A stretch of 64,000 nucleotides of DNA, taken from Dehalococcoidia bacterium. Lineage in GTDB: Bacteria; Chloroflexota; Dehalococcoidia; Lucifugimonadales; UBA3495. Positions 54,250 to 63,586 of this stretch are shown here, piece by piece (position 1 is the first letter of the stretch; each line of letters begins with the position of its first letter). The notes beneath the pieces are model-generated. The model saw only the letters and a program-made list of their open reading frames with translations, was not told where the DNA came from and did no database searches. The stretch spans positions 71,508 to 135,507 of the forward strand of contig OZ240220.1 of the NCBI GenBank assembly GCA_965197655.1. Direction: 5' to 3'. A program made the translations under genes and the position numbers.

Positions 54250-55071
54250 TTGCCACAAGTCCACATCTCCTTTCTGGGCACCGGAGCGGGGAACTGCATC
54301 CACCGCGCCCACACTGCCATAGTCCTGGACTGTGCCGACGGTACCCGGTTGCTGTTGGACGCCGGTTCCGGCAACTCCGCGCTCCGTCACGGTGCGGAGT
54401 TGGGTTTCCTGGCCGAGGACTTTGAGCACGTCCTGTTGTCCCACCGCCACGGCGACCACATGGGCGGCCTGCCCCACATCCAGGGCCGGCGCACCCAGGT
54501 TGCCCCCGATGCCTCCCCATTGGTAGTCCACAGCCTTGAGCCTACGTTAGATGGGTTGCAGCGTCTCTTTCGGGCGGTCAGCATTACCCATCAGGTTGAC
54601 CAGGACAGCGTTACCACGACGGACGGCAACCGGGTGGTGGCTTGGAACCCGGTTGAGACCGGGCAGTGGGTTGCATTAGGGAGAGATACTCGGGCCGTTG
54701 CCTTTGCGGTAAACCACATCGGCGGCGCGGTAGGCTGGCGGGTGGAAACCGGCGGAATCACCGTGGTCTTTTCCGGCGATACCCGCTACAGCGAAAACCT
54801 GATTGAAGCCTCCCAAGGCGCCGACCTGCTGATTCACGAAGCCCTGAGCACTGAGGACGACAAGGAAGGAACCGACCGGCGGGGCCATTCCACCGCCGCC
54901 GAGGCCGCCCGCGCCGCTAGCCTGGCCGGCGCCGGCCAGTTAGTAATCACCCACATTGACACCCCCTTCCACCGGGATACCCAACCTTTGATTGACGAGG
55001 CCCGCGCCGAGTTTGGCGGCCCCATCGGTGTGGCCGAAGACCTTTTCCAAATTACTGTCAGCAGGCCGTAG
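54250..55071 (+). CDS. MBL-fold metallo-hydrolase (RNase Z/BN-like)
   Basis: LLDAGSG, LLSHRHGDHMGGL and HSTAAEAA motifs. TTG start. Confidence 0.82.
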   Translation: MPQVHISFLGTGAGNCIHRAHTAIVLDCADGTRLLLDAGSGNSALRHGAELGFLAEDFEHVLLSHRHGDHMGGLPHIQGRRTQVAPDASPLVVHSLEPTLDGLQRLFRAVSITHQVDQDSVTTTDGNRVVAWNPVETGQWVALGRDTRAVAFAVNHIGGAVGWRVETGGITVVFSGDTRYSENLIEASQGADLLIHEALSTEDDKEGTDRRGHSTAAEAARAASLAGAGQLVITHIDTPFHRDTQPLIDEARAEFGGPIGVAEDLFQITVSRP

Positions 55072-55150
55072 CGCAATACCGCTCAAATGTTCTATAGTAT
55101 TGGCTGCTTCCCAACCTTGCTCAAAATTTCCGGGAACGCAAGGAGTTGTG

Positions 55151-56674
55151 ATGTTAGCCAAGAGCCAGACTTGCGCCGTAGTCGGCCTGGATGGGTACAT
55201 AGTTCAGGTGGAGGTGGACATATCGCCGGGCCTGCCTGCCTTCAACATCGTCGGCCTGCCGGATACGGCGGTGCAGGAGGCCCGCGAGCGGGTGCGGGCT
55301 GCCCTCCGCAACAGCGGTTGCGAGTTCCCCATGCGGCGAATCACGGTCAATCTGGCCCCGGCGGACTTGAAAAAAGCCGGGCCAGCCTACGACCTTCCCA
55401 TCGCCGTTGGCATACTGCTCAGTTCCGGGCAGATTGACCTGCCGGCGGAGCATTCCCTGTTCCTCGGTGAGCTTTCCCTGGACGGCGGCCTACGCCATAC
55501 CAACGGAGTCCTGCCGATGGTGTCGGTGGCCCGGGACCAGGGATTTGAGGCAGTGTACGTTCCTACCGCCGACTCTGCCGAGGCCGCCCTGATTGACGGC
55601 ATCCAGGTTTACGCCACTCCCACCCTGGCCGCTCTGGTGAGCCACCTGCTGGGAGAGTCCCGCATTCTTCCCAAAGAGTTCACCGGCATCTTGCCCGAGG
55701 GAGACGCCCATGCCGCCAACGGCAACAACCTGGCCCATATCAAAGGACAGGAACACGCCAAGCGCGCCCTGGAGGTTGCTGCCGCCGGTTTTCATAACAT
55801 CCTGTTCAACGGCCCGCCGGGGAGCGGCAAGACGATGCTGGCCCGCGCCCTGCCCACGATTTTGCCCCGGATGACCCCGGAAGAGGCGCTGGATGCCACC
55901 AAGATTTACAGCATCAGCGGCGCCCTGCCCTCCGATTGTCCTTTGGTTTCCCAGCGCCCTTTTCGCGCCCCCCACTACAGCATTTCCAACGCCGGGCTGG
56001 TCGGCGGCGGCAGAAACCTGCGGCCCGGTGAGATTACCATGAGCCACCGGGGAGTGCTGTTTTTGGACGAACTGCCGGAGTTTGACCGAGTCGCCCTGGA
56101 GTCCCTGCGCCAACCCCTGGAAGACAAGGTGGTGACCATCAGCCGGGTCACCGGTTCCGTCACCTACCCGGCCAGCTTTATGCTGGTAGCGGCCCAAAAC
56201 CCCTGCCCTTGCGGTTATTATTCTCACCCGCGCAAGGAATGTACTTGTAGCTCATCCGCCGTGTCCCGCTACCAGAAACGGATAAGCGGCCCGCTGATGG
56301 ACCGCATCGATATTTTCGTGGAAGTGCCGCCGGTGGAGTACGACAAGTTGGTGAACGAGGAACTGGCGGAAGACTCGTCGGAAATCCGGCAAAGGGTGGA
56401 GCAGGCGCGGTCACTTCAGGCCGAGCGGTTTGACCACGGCGGTGTAAGTTTTAACTCTGAAATGCGAGCGGCGGAAATCTGGAAGGTTTGCAGCCTGGAC
56501 AGCGGGGCCAAAAGCCTGCTCCAGTCAGCCACCACCCAGCTAAACCTGTCGGCCCGGGCCTTTCACCGCATCATAAAAGTGTCCCGCACCATCGCCGACC
56601 TGGACGACTCCGAGGAGATAGGCGTCGGTCACCTGGCCGAGGCCCTGCAATACCGCTCGCGGGGGTTGAACTGA
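55151..56674 (+). CDS. comM: YifB/ComM Mg-chelatase-like AAA+ ATPase
   Basis: ATG 55151 follows AGGAG. Lon-like N-domain, Walker A GPPGSGKTM, VLFLDELPEF and a C-terminal ChlI-type domain. Track start 54992 overlaps the MBL gene. Confidence 0.92.
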   Translation: MLAKSQTCAVVGLDGYIVQVEVDISPGLPAFNIVGLPDTAVQEARERVRAALRNSGCEFPMRRITVNLAPADLKKAGPAYDLPIAVGILLSSGQIDLPAEHSLFLGELSLDGGLRHTNGVLPMVSVARDQGFEAVYVPTADSAEAALIDGIQVYATPTLAALVSHLLGESRILPKEFTGILPEGDAHAANGNNLAHIKGQEHAKRALEVAAAGFHNILFNGPPGSGKTMLARALPTILPRMTPEEALDATKIYSISGALPSDCPLVSQRPFRAPHYSISNAGLVGGGRNLRPGEITMSHRGVLFLDELPEFDRVALESLRQPLEDKVVTISRVTGSVTYPASFMLVAAQNPCPCGYYSHPRKECTCSSSAVSRYQKRISGPLMDRIDIFVEVPPVEYDKLVNEELAEDSSEIRQRVEQARSLQAERFDHGGVSFNSEMRAAEIWKVCSLDSGAKSLLQSATTQLNLSARAFHRIIKVSRTIADLDDSEEIGVGHLAEALQYRSRGLN

Positions 56675-56732
56675 GGGCAATCTCCAAGTGCGTTGGTATA
56701 GCCGTACTGTAGCGGCGGGTTTCAAACCCACC

Positions 56733-56866
56733 CCAGGGCTATCGCGTTTGGATTGCAGGCTAGCCGTCGTTCCTGCGCAGGCAGGAACCTAAAACCTTGA
56801 GAACAGAGGTTCCTGCCTGCGCAGGAACGACGGAAATATGACCGTGCGTCTAATGCAATGACTCTG
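56733..56866. mobile_element. MITE type 1 copy
   Basis: Starts CCAGGGCTATCGCG with a perfect twin hairpin core and a degenerate right terminus. A perfect 9-bp AAACCCACC lies on both sides (56724-56732 and 56867-56875). Confidence 0.85.
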
Positions 56867-56993
56867 AAACCCACCTCCGCAAACCTGGCCTTGTTGATGC
56901 GGGGGGACACCTATACCTGCCGGAACGGCGAATTAGGCGGCAGACCAATTCAGGTAGGGTTCACACCGGGACTGTATCAGCCTCTTATGCCAG

Positions 56994-58274
56994 CTAACCA
57001 GCGATAATGGTCTGGAAGGTGTCAAAATACTCGGGAAAAGTCTTGGACACGCAGCCAGGGTCCATAATGGTTATCTCGGCGCCGCCCAGGGAGGCCAGGG
57101 AAAAGCTCATCGCCATCCGGTGGTCGTTGTAGGTGTCAATGGCAGCCGGCTGTATCCGCTCCGGCGGGGTAATTTCCAGGTAGTCCGGCCCCTCGACCAC
57201 CTCGCCGCCTACTTTGCGCAGTTCGGCGGCCATCGCGGCCAGGCGGTCGGTTTCCTTGACCCGCCAGTTGCCGATGTTGCGGATGACCGTCTTGCCCTGG
57301 GCAAAGAGAGCGGTTACGGCCACGGTCATTGCCGCGTCGGGAATGTGATTCAAGTCCAGGTCCAACCCATGCAGTTCTCCTTTGGACACCTCGATATAGT
57401 CCGGGCCACGGCGCACCACCGCGCCCATCCTTTCCAGCACGTCGGCGTGCCGGATGTCGCCCTGGATGCTGTCGGCCCCGACGCCGTTCACCCGTACCGT
57501 CCCGCCCCGGATTGCCGCCGCTGACAGGAAGTAGGTTGCGGAGGAAGCATCGCCTTCTACCAGGACATTGCCCGGGGATGCATAGACCTGGCCTCCGGGC
57601 ACCCGGAATTGGCGGTAGTCGTCGTTTTCCACAGTAACGCCAAACCGCCGCATTACGTCAATGGTCATATCGATATAGGGCTTGGATACCAGGTCGCCCT
57701 CAATGTCAATCAGCAGTTCCCCCTGGGCTAAGGGGGACGCCAGCAGCAGGGATGTCAGGTATTGGCTGGATACGTTGCCTTTGATCGATACCCGGCCGCC
57801 CTGCAACCCGGCGGCGTCTATTTTCAGCGGCGGGTAACCCTCGGCCTCCATATACGCTATGCTGGCCCCCAGTTGTCGCAAGGCCTCAACCAAATGGGCG
57901 ATGGGCCGTTCCAGCATCCGCGGCTCGCCGGTAAGCGTAAATGAACCCTTGCCCAAGCAGAGGGCGGCGCATAGGGGACGGATGGCGGTGCCGGCATTGC
58001 CCAGGTACAACTCCGCTTCCCGGACGGCGAAAGGCCCGCCGTTGCTCTCTACCAGGCATTTCGTTCCGGCGTCGTAAAATTGCAGGGAAATGCCTAGGGT
58101 TTGCAGCGCAGCGGTCATGTGCCGGGTGTCGTCGCTGTCCAGCAGGTTGCGCACTTCCGTTGCGCCCCGGGCCAGGGAGGACAGCAGCAGCAGCCGGTTG
58201 GACAGGCTCTTGGAACCGGGCAGTTGGACCACTCCCTCCACTATGGGAGTCGGCTTTAAGGTTAATGACTGCAT
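56994..58274 (-). CDS. aroA: 3-phosphoshikimate 1-carboxyvinyltransferase (EPSP synthase)
   Basis: 426 aa. [25 protein letters not shown] and the two-domain EPSPS pattern. Confidence 0.94.
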   Translation of the reverse strand: MQSLTLKPTPIVEGVVQLPGSKSLSNRLLLLSSLARGATEVRNLLDSDDTRHMTAALQTLGISLQFYDAGTKCLVESNGGPFAVREAELYLGNAGTAIRPLCAALCLGKGSFTLTGEPRMLERPIAHLVEALRQLGASIAYMEAEGYPPLKIDAAGLQGGRVSIKGNVSSQYLTSLLLASPLAQGELLIDIEGDLVSKPYIDMTIDVMRRFGVTVENDDYRQFRVPGGQVYASPGNVLVEGDASSATYFLSAAAIRGGTVRVNGVGADSIQGDIRHADVLERMGAVVRRGPDYIEVSKGELHGLDLDLNHIPDAAMTVAVTALFAQGKTVIRNIGNWRVKETDRLAAMAAELRKVGGEVVEGPDYLEITPPERIQPAAIDTYNDHRMAMSFSLASLGGAEITIMDPGCVSKTFPEYFDTFQTIIAG

Positions 58275-58401
58275 AAATTGCCTCGGACTATTCGGGTGAT
58301 TTGTGCGGGGACGCTGTAGGGCAAAATTGTCGTGTCCAATTGTAGCAATAAAAGACGGCCCCGGCGAATGATGAACTCAGCCCGGCCTCGGGGCCTTTTA
58401 G

Positions 58402-58536
58402 GTAACTGTTCAGTGTCGAAGTGTCCGTCGTTCCTGCGCAGGCAGGAACCTCGAATTGCAGGTAGCGAGGTTCCTGCCTGCGCAGGAACGACGGGCTTTC
58501 TTACCCTGGGGAATCGCCTCAACTCTGAACTGTTAC
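58402..58536. mobile_element. MITE type 1 core with alternative termini
   Basis: Termini GTAACTGTTCAG / CTGAACTGTTAC around a perfect twin hairpin core. A perfect 8-bp CCTTTTAG lies on both sides (58394-58401 and 58537-58544). Confidence 0.8.
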
Positions 58537-58582
58537 CCTTTTAGTTGTCATCCGCTCCCCCATACAATTTTAATCCCCTACT

Positions 58583-58700
58583 GTCATTCTGAGCGGAGCG
58601 AAGAATCCCAAATCCTTCAGCCGGAACCATTCCCGGCGCCGGACAAACGGGCGGCAAATAAGGACGCTGGGTTCTTCGTCGCTAAGCTTCCCAGAACGAC
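58583..58700. repeat. long imperfect palindrome of the GTCATTCTGAGCGnAGCGAAGAATC type
   Basis: GTCATTCTGAGCGGAGCGAAGAATCCC ... GGGTTCTTCGTCGCTAAGCTTCCCAGAACGAC. Single copy in this window. Confidence 0.55.
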
Positions 58701-58740
58701 AGCTAAAGGGCCAGAACCATAGACTGCGCTTGAGCGCATT

Positions 58741-58769
58741 TTGACATGGTTCCGTTTACAATGTAGCAT
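58741..58769 (+). promoter_or_regulatory. possible promoter of the PEPCK-like gene
   Basis: TTGACA, 17 nt, TAGCAT, about 75 nt upstream of GTG 58845. Confidence 0.35.
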
Positions 58770-58844
58770 ATCAGACACTGGCATAGGGGATACAGCCTCA
58801 GGTAACCGGCATGAATGGCCGAGTACGAAAAAGAGGAACAGTAA

Positions 58845-61172
58845 GTGGCAGACGAACAAACAGAAAACCAAGCGGGACCGGGGTTCAAGTCTCCCCTGAC
58901 CCCGCCGGCAACTAACCCGGACTTTGCCCAGGCTTTGGATGAATTGGTGACGTTGGCCCGTCAAGGGCACCGTCCGGACTGCGAAAACTTTAACCCTTCC
59001 AACGAATGGCTGGTCAGCAATATGCCGGTCTTTCAGGACTTGCCGGAGGCAGACCGGGCCAAAGTGCTGGAGGAGGCTAACCAGGTTGCCCGGACGGCGG
59101 AGGAAGCCAATGCCGCCGGGCGGGCCGCTACCAAGGCGTGGCCGGGCGTGGCGGTCCGGCTGGACAGCGGCGGTATGGGATTCTTCAGCCAGTTGGGTGT
59201 GGTGCGCCGCCCCGACCTGACCCAGTATTACGTTGACGGCTTCACCCCCAACCGGGACAGCCTTTCTTTCAGCGAGGATAACCAGACCCTCTTTGCCCAG
59301 GTATTCAACTGCATCGTTGGCAAGCTACGGGAATATCTGGAGTCCGGACAGACCGTCATTCAAACCGACCGGCAAATCTGTGATGCCCCGGGCCGCTCCT
59401 TCCACGCGCGGCAGCTTCTCTTTGGCGCCGACTATCTCCAATTGCCCTATATGTGGCGTCAGTTGACCTTTGACCTGCCGGAGAGTGAGCGTACCGGCAC
59501 ACCGGACATTTTGGAAGTTTCCATCCCCCACTGGTTTGACGACCTGGGGATGCCGGAAGACCTGAAAGCCCGTATTAAAGAGTTGGGCATTAACCAGTTG
59601 GTCTTCAAGGCGCCCACCAAGGGCCTGTCCCTGCATTTGGGCTTCGACTATGTTGGCGAACACAAGATGGGCCCCCTGTCTATTGCGATGCACCAGGTAA
59701 AGCAAAACAATGGCATCGCGATTCAGGCCGCCTTGAGCCTGGCCCGGATAAAGACCGTGAGCGGGGCAAAATCCAACACCGCGCTGATTACCGTAGGCCC
59801 GTCGCTGCACGGCAAGAGCACTCTGACCATTATGATTGAGCTGGCTAACAGCCAATTGGCCGGGCTGCTGGGCCTGGAAACCGACCCCGTAGAAGGGGTC
59901 TATCCGATGAACGACGATATTGTTTTGCTCCAGCCCTTGCGGGAGCCGATTGTGTCCAACCGGGGTGGCAACCGCTACACCATTTCCCACAGCATTGACG
60001 GCACGGAGAACAATTTCTACGCCATGCCCTTTGGCTTGAACGAAGCGGAAGACCCGATAACCTTTGACGCGGTACGGGGTTCGGCAGACGCGCCCAACCC
60101 GCAGGAAACCCTGGAGAACGTGCCGGTGCATCTGCCGCCCGGTGATGGAGACGGGGCCGGCGATGCGGCCCCCAACTTCCTGGAAAATCCGGTGCGCAAT
60201 ATGCGAGTAACCCTGTCCCGGCAGCGGCTGCTGTCCCGCAAGGGCGTGGGCGGGTTGATTGAATCTATTACCGAAGGCCGGCTGTCCGACTCGGTGCACG
60301 TGCCGATGGAGTTTACCGACCGGGTATTCTGGCAGGAGGTAATGCGGCAGAACACAGTTATTCCGCCCCTGCGCCGGCTGAGCCTGGAGCAATACATCCG
60401 GGTGCTGATGTACGGCGAAGCGGTGCAGATGGGGGCCGCCATCGGCGCCATTGGCCGCCCCTACGTGGAATACTTCTCCGACCCCTTCATCATTGGATTG
60501 GAAGATGAAAACGCCAACCTGATGTACCACATCCTCCAGCAACTGTCCTGGGGCGGTTTGCCCCAGGAGTATTATGTGTTCAACACCGGGGGCATCGGCG
60601 CCGATTCCAACGAACAAGCCAGCGGTCAACACTACAAGAAAATACCCCGGGAACTGACCTTGATGCTTCAGGAGGCTTTGCTGCGGGACGCCGTTAAGTT
60701 CGAATACGACGGCATTCTCCGCTCCGAGGTGGGTGTCGCCGTCGTCAACGAGCGGGGCGAGGAAGTGGTGGACCTTCGCAAAGAATGGCTGCCCCGGGAG
60801 GTTTACGGCGAAGAGGATTATACCGTCCGGGTGCTGGAATTGCGCCGCCGCCGTTACTATGGCCGGGACGCACAGGACAAGGCCGGCATACTGCGCTATA
60901 CTAAAGTCAACAGCGCGCTGATTGACTTGGCCGATATTCCGCCGCCGGAGAATGAGCGAGAGCTGACCTGGCTCCTCTCCTTTTTCTGGCACGTTGACCA
61001 AGCCTATAATTCGGTGGAAGATTTCGTCAGTCGGATTGACCAGGGCCAACCGCCGTTAACGCACCTGTTGCGGGCCTTGCGGGAGAAATACCAGGCCGGC
61101 TTGGCCCGCGGCTTGGCAATCCCCGCCGCTACCCAAGCGGTTCTGACCACCTTGGGCTTGCCGGCGGAGTAA
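58845..61172 (+). CDS. large divergent PEPCK(ATP)-fold P-loop protein, function unknown
   Basis: 775 aa with several motifs in PckA order. P-loop GPSLHGKST (59796-59822), MNDD (59907-59918, cf. IGDDEH), GTENNFYAMPFG (cf. NFEGGCYAK), ETLENVPV (cf. LENV), NMRVTL (cf. NTRVSY), PPLRRLSLEQ (cf. PPVSRLT..Q), FNTGGIG (60579-60599, cf. VNTGW), and KKIPRELTLMLQEALL (cf. KRISIKDTRAIIDAIL). Confidence 0.65.
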   Translation: MADEQTENQAGPGFKSPLTPPATNPDFAQALDELVTLARQGHRPDCENFNPSNEWLVSNMPVFQDLPEADRAKVLEEANQVARTAEEANAAGRAATKAWPGVAVRLDSGGMGFFSQLGVVRRPDLTQYYVDGFTPNRDSLSFSEDNQTLFAQVFNCIVGKLREYLESGQTVIQTDRQICDAPGRSFHARQLLFGADYLQLPYMWRQLTFDLPESERTGTPDILEVSIPHWFDDLGMPEDLKARIKELGINQLVFKAPTKGLSLHLGFDYVGEHKMGPLSIAMHQVKQNNGIAIQAALSLARIKTVSGAKSNTALITVGPSLHGKSTLTIMIELANSQLAGLLGLETDPVEGVYPMNDDIVLLQPLREPIVSNRGGNRYTISHSIDGTENNFYAMPFGLNEAEDPITFDAVRGSADAPNPQETLENVPVHLPPGDGDGAGDAAPNFLENPVRNMRVTLSRQRLLSRKGVGGLIESITEGRLSDSVHVPMEFTDRVFWQEVMRQNTVIPPLRRLSLEQYIRVLMYGEAVQMGAAIGAIGRPYVEYFSDPFIIGLEDENANLMYHILQQLSWGGLPQEYYVFNTGGIGADSNEQASGQHYKKIPRELTLMLQEALLRDAVKFEYDGILRSEVGVAVVNERGEEVVDLRKEWLPREVYGEEDYTVRVLELRRRRYYGRDAQDKAGILRYTKVNSALIDLADIPPPENERELTWLLSFFWHVDQAYNSVEDFVSRIDQGQPPLTHLLRALREKYQAGLARGLAIPAATQAVLTTLGLPAE

Positions 61173-61294
61173 CCGGACGGCGGCCGGGCATTCCGGCGGT
61201 CCGGTCGTCCTTTCCTAATGGTGGAGCGCCCATCAATTATTCTTGGTAGTTCATAAAGTTCAACTTGCCAGGTTGGTGGCCCCGGATTTATGAT

Positions 61295-61831
61295 ATGAGT
61301 ATGGAACAGAGTGACATAAAATACCCCTTGGGGCGTCTTTCCCGTATTGAGGCGGAAACCTTTGGCGAGCCGGGCCGCCGGACCTTCCGGTTGCTGCTGG
61401 AGTCGGGCGCTGCCCGCTCTTTAGTGTGGCTGGAAAAGGAACAGCTTTTCCAGTTGGGCGCCGGCCTCAAGGAAGCAGTCCAGCGTCAAACCGATTCGGA
61501 GCGGGAACGGGGCAGTTCGCCGGAGGCGCCGGCCTGGAGCGGAGGAGAAACCACGATTGAGTTCAAGGCCCGCGTCCTTTCCGGGCGGCACGACCAGGAT
61601 ACCAATTCCTTCTACTTGCAGGCGCAGGCCGGCGAAGAGGAGGAATCGACAGAGGAACCGGCATCGGTGAGCTTCTGGATTACCGTTGACCAGGCGGCAG
61701 CCCTGGCCGAGGAAAGTCTGCGCATCTGCGCCGCCGGGCGTCCTCCCTGTTTCCTCTGCGGCCAGCCGATTAACCCGGAAGGCCACGTCTGCCCCCGGGC
61801 CAACGGCCACGCAGTTTTCGAAAGCGGCTAG
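61295..61831 (+). CDS. DUF3090 family protein
   Basis: AETFGEPGRRTFRLLLESG...LEKEQL and the C-terminal AAGRPPCFLCGQPINPEGHVCPRANGH are the family signatures as I recall them. ATG 61295 or 61301 is preferred to track TTG 61265. Confidence 0.8.
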   Translation: MSMEQSDIKYPLGRLSRIEAETFGEPGRRTFRLLLESGAARSLVWLEKEQLFQLGAGLKEAVQRQTDSERERGSSPEAPAWSGGETTIEFKARVLSGRHDQDTNSFYLQAQAGEEEESTEEPASVSFWITVDQAAALAEESLRICAAGRPPCFLCGQPINPEGHVCPRANGHAVFESG

Positions 61832-61885
61832 GTACGCCTTCCCAACAGTAATCAGGGTTGTACAACGGTTGTAAAGGATACTCTG

Positions 61886-62590
61886 GTGGGACTAGAACAA
61901 ACCGGCCTCGACCTTCTCACTAATGGCGAATTCCTCTCTTGCGAACTCACTCCCATGGGCTCCAACTATACTTTCTTGGCCTCATTGCAACTGGGCGACC
62001 GGGAGTGCCAGGCCATCTACAAGCCCCGGGATGGCGAGGTTCCCTTGTGGGATTTTCCCCGGGGGACGTTATACAAGCGGGAGTATGGGGCCTATCTGTT
62101 GAGCCAGGTCCTGGGCTGGAACTTTATCCCGCTGACCATTGTCCGGGACGGGCCTTACGGCATTGGCTCGGTGCAGCAGTATGTTGACCACGACCCGCGC
62201 CTGAATTACTACACCCTGAGCGACGCCGACGCCGAAGAACTGCGGATGATTGCCTGCTTTGATATGGTGGCGAATAATACCGACCGCAAGGCCAACCATG
62301 TGTTGGTGGACGGCGATGGCAAGCTGTGGGGAATAGACCAGGGCTTGACCTTCCACTCCGACACTAAAATCCGCACTGTAATTTGGGACTTTGGCGGCGA
62401 ACCGATTCCTGACCGCTATCTGGACTCGCTGACCAAGCTGGCCCGTCAACTGCGCCGCCCGTCCGGGCTGCTCAAGGAACTGCTGGAACTGCTGCTCCCG
62501 GAAGAGGCGGAAGCCCTCGACAAGCGAATTGAATGGGTCCTGAGCGAGCGGGCCTATCCCGGTCTGCCGGGCCGTCGCCGTCGCCACTGA
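61886..62590 (+). CDS. SCO1664-family protein (PI3/4-kinase-like fold)
   Basis: GSNYTFLA...AIYKPRDGEVPLWDFPRGTLYKREYGAYLLSQVLGWNFIPLTIVRDGPYG. Catalytic-loop-like NNTDRKANHVL (about 62273-62305) and IDQG (62332-62343). GTG start. Confidence 0.8.
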   Translation: MGLEQTGLDLLTNGEFLSCELTPMGSNYTFLASLQLGDRECQAIYKPRDGEVPLWDFPRGTLYKREYGAYLLSQVLGWNFIPLTIVRDGPYGIGSVQQYVDHDPRLNYYTLSDADAEELRMIACFDMVANNTDRKANHVLVDGDGKLWGIDQGLTFHSDTKIRTVIWDFGGEPIPDRYLDSLTKLARQLRRPSGLLKELLELLLPEEAEALDKRIEWVLSERAYPGLPGRRRRH

Positions 62591-62618
62591 TTCCATTTCA
62601 CCAAGCCCGTTTGCCTTG

Positions 62619-62761
62619 CAGGGCTATCACAAAGTCCCTGCCAACTACAAAGCCCGCTCATGGTGAGCTTGTCGAATCATACTCCCTTACCAGGTGGCGC
62701 ATCCTTCGACAGGCTCAGGACGAGCGGGCAGAACACTCCCACTACTTTGTGCGAAGCCCTG
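62619..62761. mobile_element. MITE type 2 copy
   Basis: Termini CAGGGCTATCACAAAGTC / ACTTTGTGCGAAGCCCTG. The interior has CATGGTGAGCTTGTCGAATCA and CCTTCGACAGGCTCAGGACGAGCGG. Flanks are GTTTGCCTTG and GTTTGCCCCG (8/10 match). Confidence 0.8.
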
Positions 62762-62796
62762 GTTTGCCCCGGGAACACTCCGGTTTCCCCAGCCTC

Positions 62797-63465
62797 TTAT
62801 ACCTCCGGCCCCTCCGCCAGCAAGGACAGGTCAAAATCTTCCAGGGTTTCCAGGATGGTGTGGGCCTGACTTACGTCCAGGTTGCGGGTGTATTCGGTAC
62901 GCACCGCGATGGTGTAGGCGCCGGAGCCTACCGCCGCTGCAATCCCGATGGGCGAATCCTCGATGGCGATACACTGTTCCGGCGGCAGGCCCAGCCCGGC
63001 GGCGGCTTTGAGGTAAATGTCCGGTTCGGGCTTGCCTCGGGTCACGTCGTCCCCGCCCAGCACCAGGTCAAAGGCCCCCACCAGCCCAATTGCTTCCAGC
63101 TTCAAGTCCACCCACTGGTGCAGTGATGATGAGGCCACCGCCTTGGGCAGCCCGCGCTGAGAACAGATTTCCAGCAGGGCGCGGACGCCCGGCTGGGGCG
63201 CCAGTTCTTCCATCATCACCTGACGGACAATCTCGTCGTAGCGGCTGGTGTATATTGAGGCGGACAGGGGCAAGGCACGGTTAGCTTTGAGATACCGCCA
63301 GGTTTCGCCTATGGTCGTCCCGATGAGGAACCCTTCATTTTCCTTTTCGGAGACCAGCGGCACGCCCTCCTGTTCCAGCAGCCGGTTGATTGCGCCGAGG
63401 AAGAGGGGTTCGCTGTCCACCAGAACTCCGTCCATGTCGAAAATTATTGCCCGATAGCCGGTCAT
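62797..63465 (-). CDS. HAD-IA family hydrolase (beta-phosphoglucomutase/phosphatase-like)
   Basis: AIIFDMDGVLVDSE (DxDG motif I), ASSS (motif II) and KPEPDIYL...AIEDSPIGIAAAV (motifs III/IV). ATG 63465 is more likely than 63477. Confidence 0.85.
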   Translation of the reverse strand: MTGYRAIIFDMDGVLVDSEPLFLGAINRLLEQEGVPLVSEKENEGFLIGTTIGETWRYLKANRALPLSASIYTSRYDEIVRQVMMEELAPQPGVRALLEICSQRGLPKAVASSSLHQWVDLKLEAIGLVGAFDLVLGGDDVTRGKPEPDIYLKAAAGLGLPPEQCIAIEDSPIGIAAAVGSGAYTIAVRTEYTRNLDVSQAHTILETLEDFDLSLLAEGPEV

Positions 63466-63586
63466 ATTGATTAACACTCCTGGTTGAGGTTGATAAGTCG
63501 TTTATGCGTCGGGGCAGCCGTATGACGTTACGTCTGCGGCGCCAAGCAGCTGCCCGCATTATAAGGCTTTGGCGGGATAGACGCAG

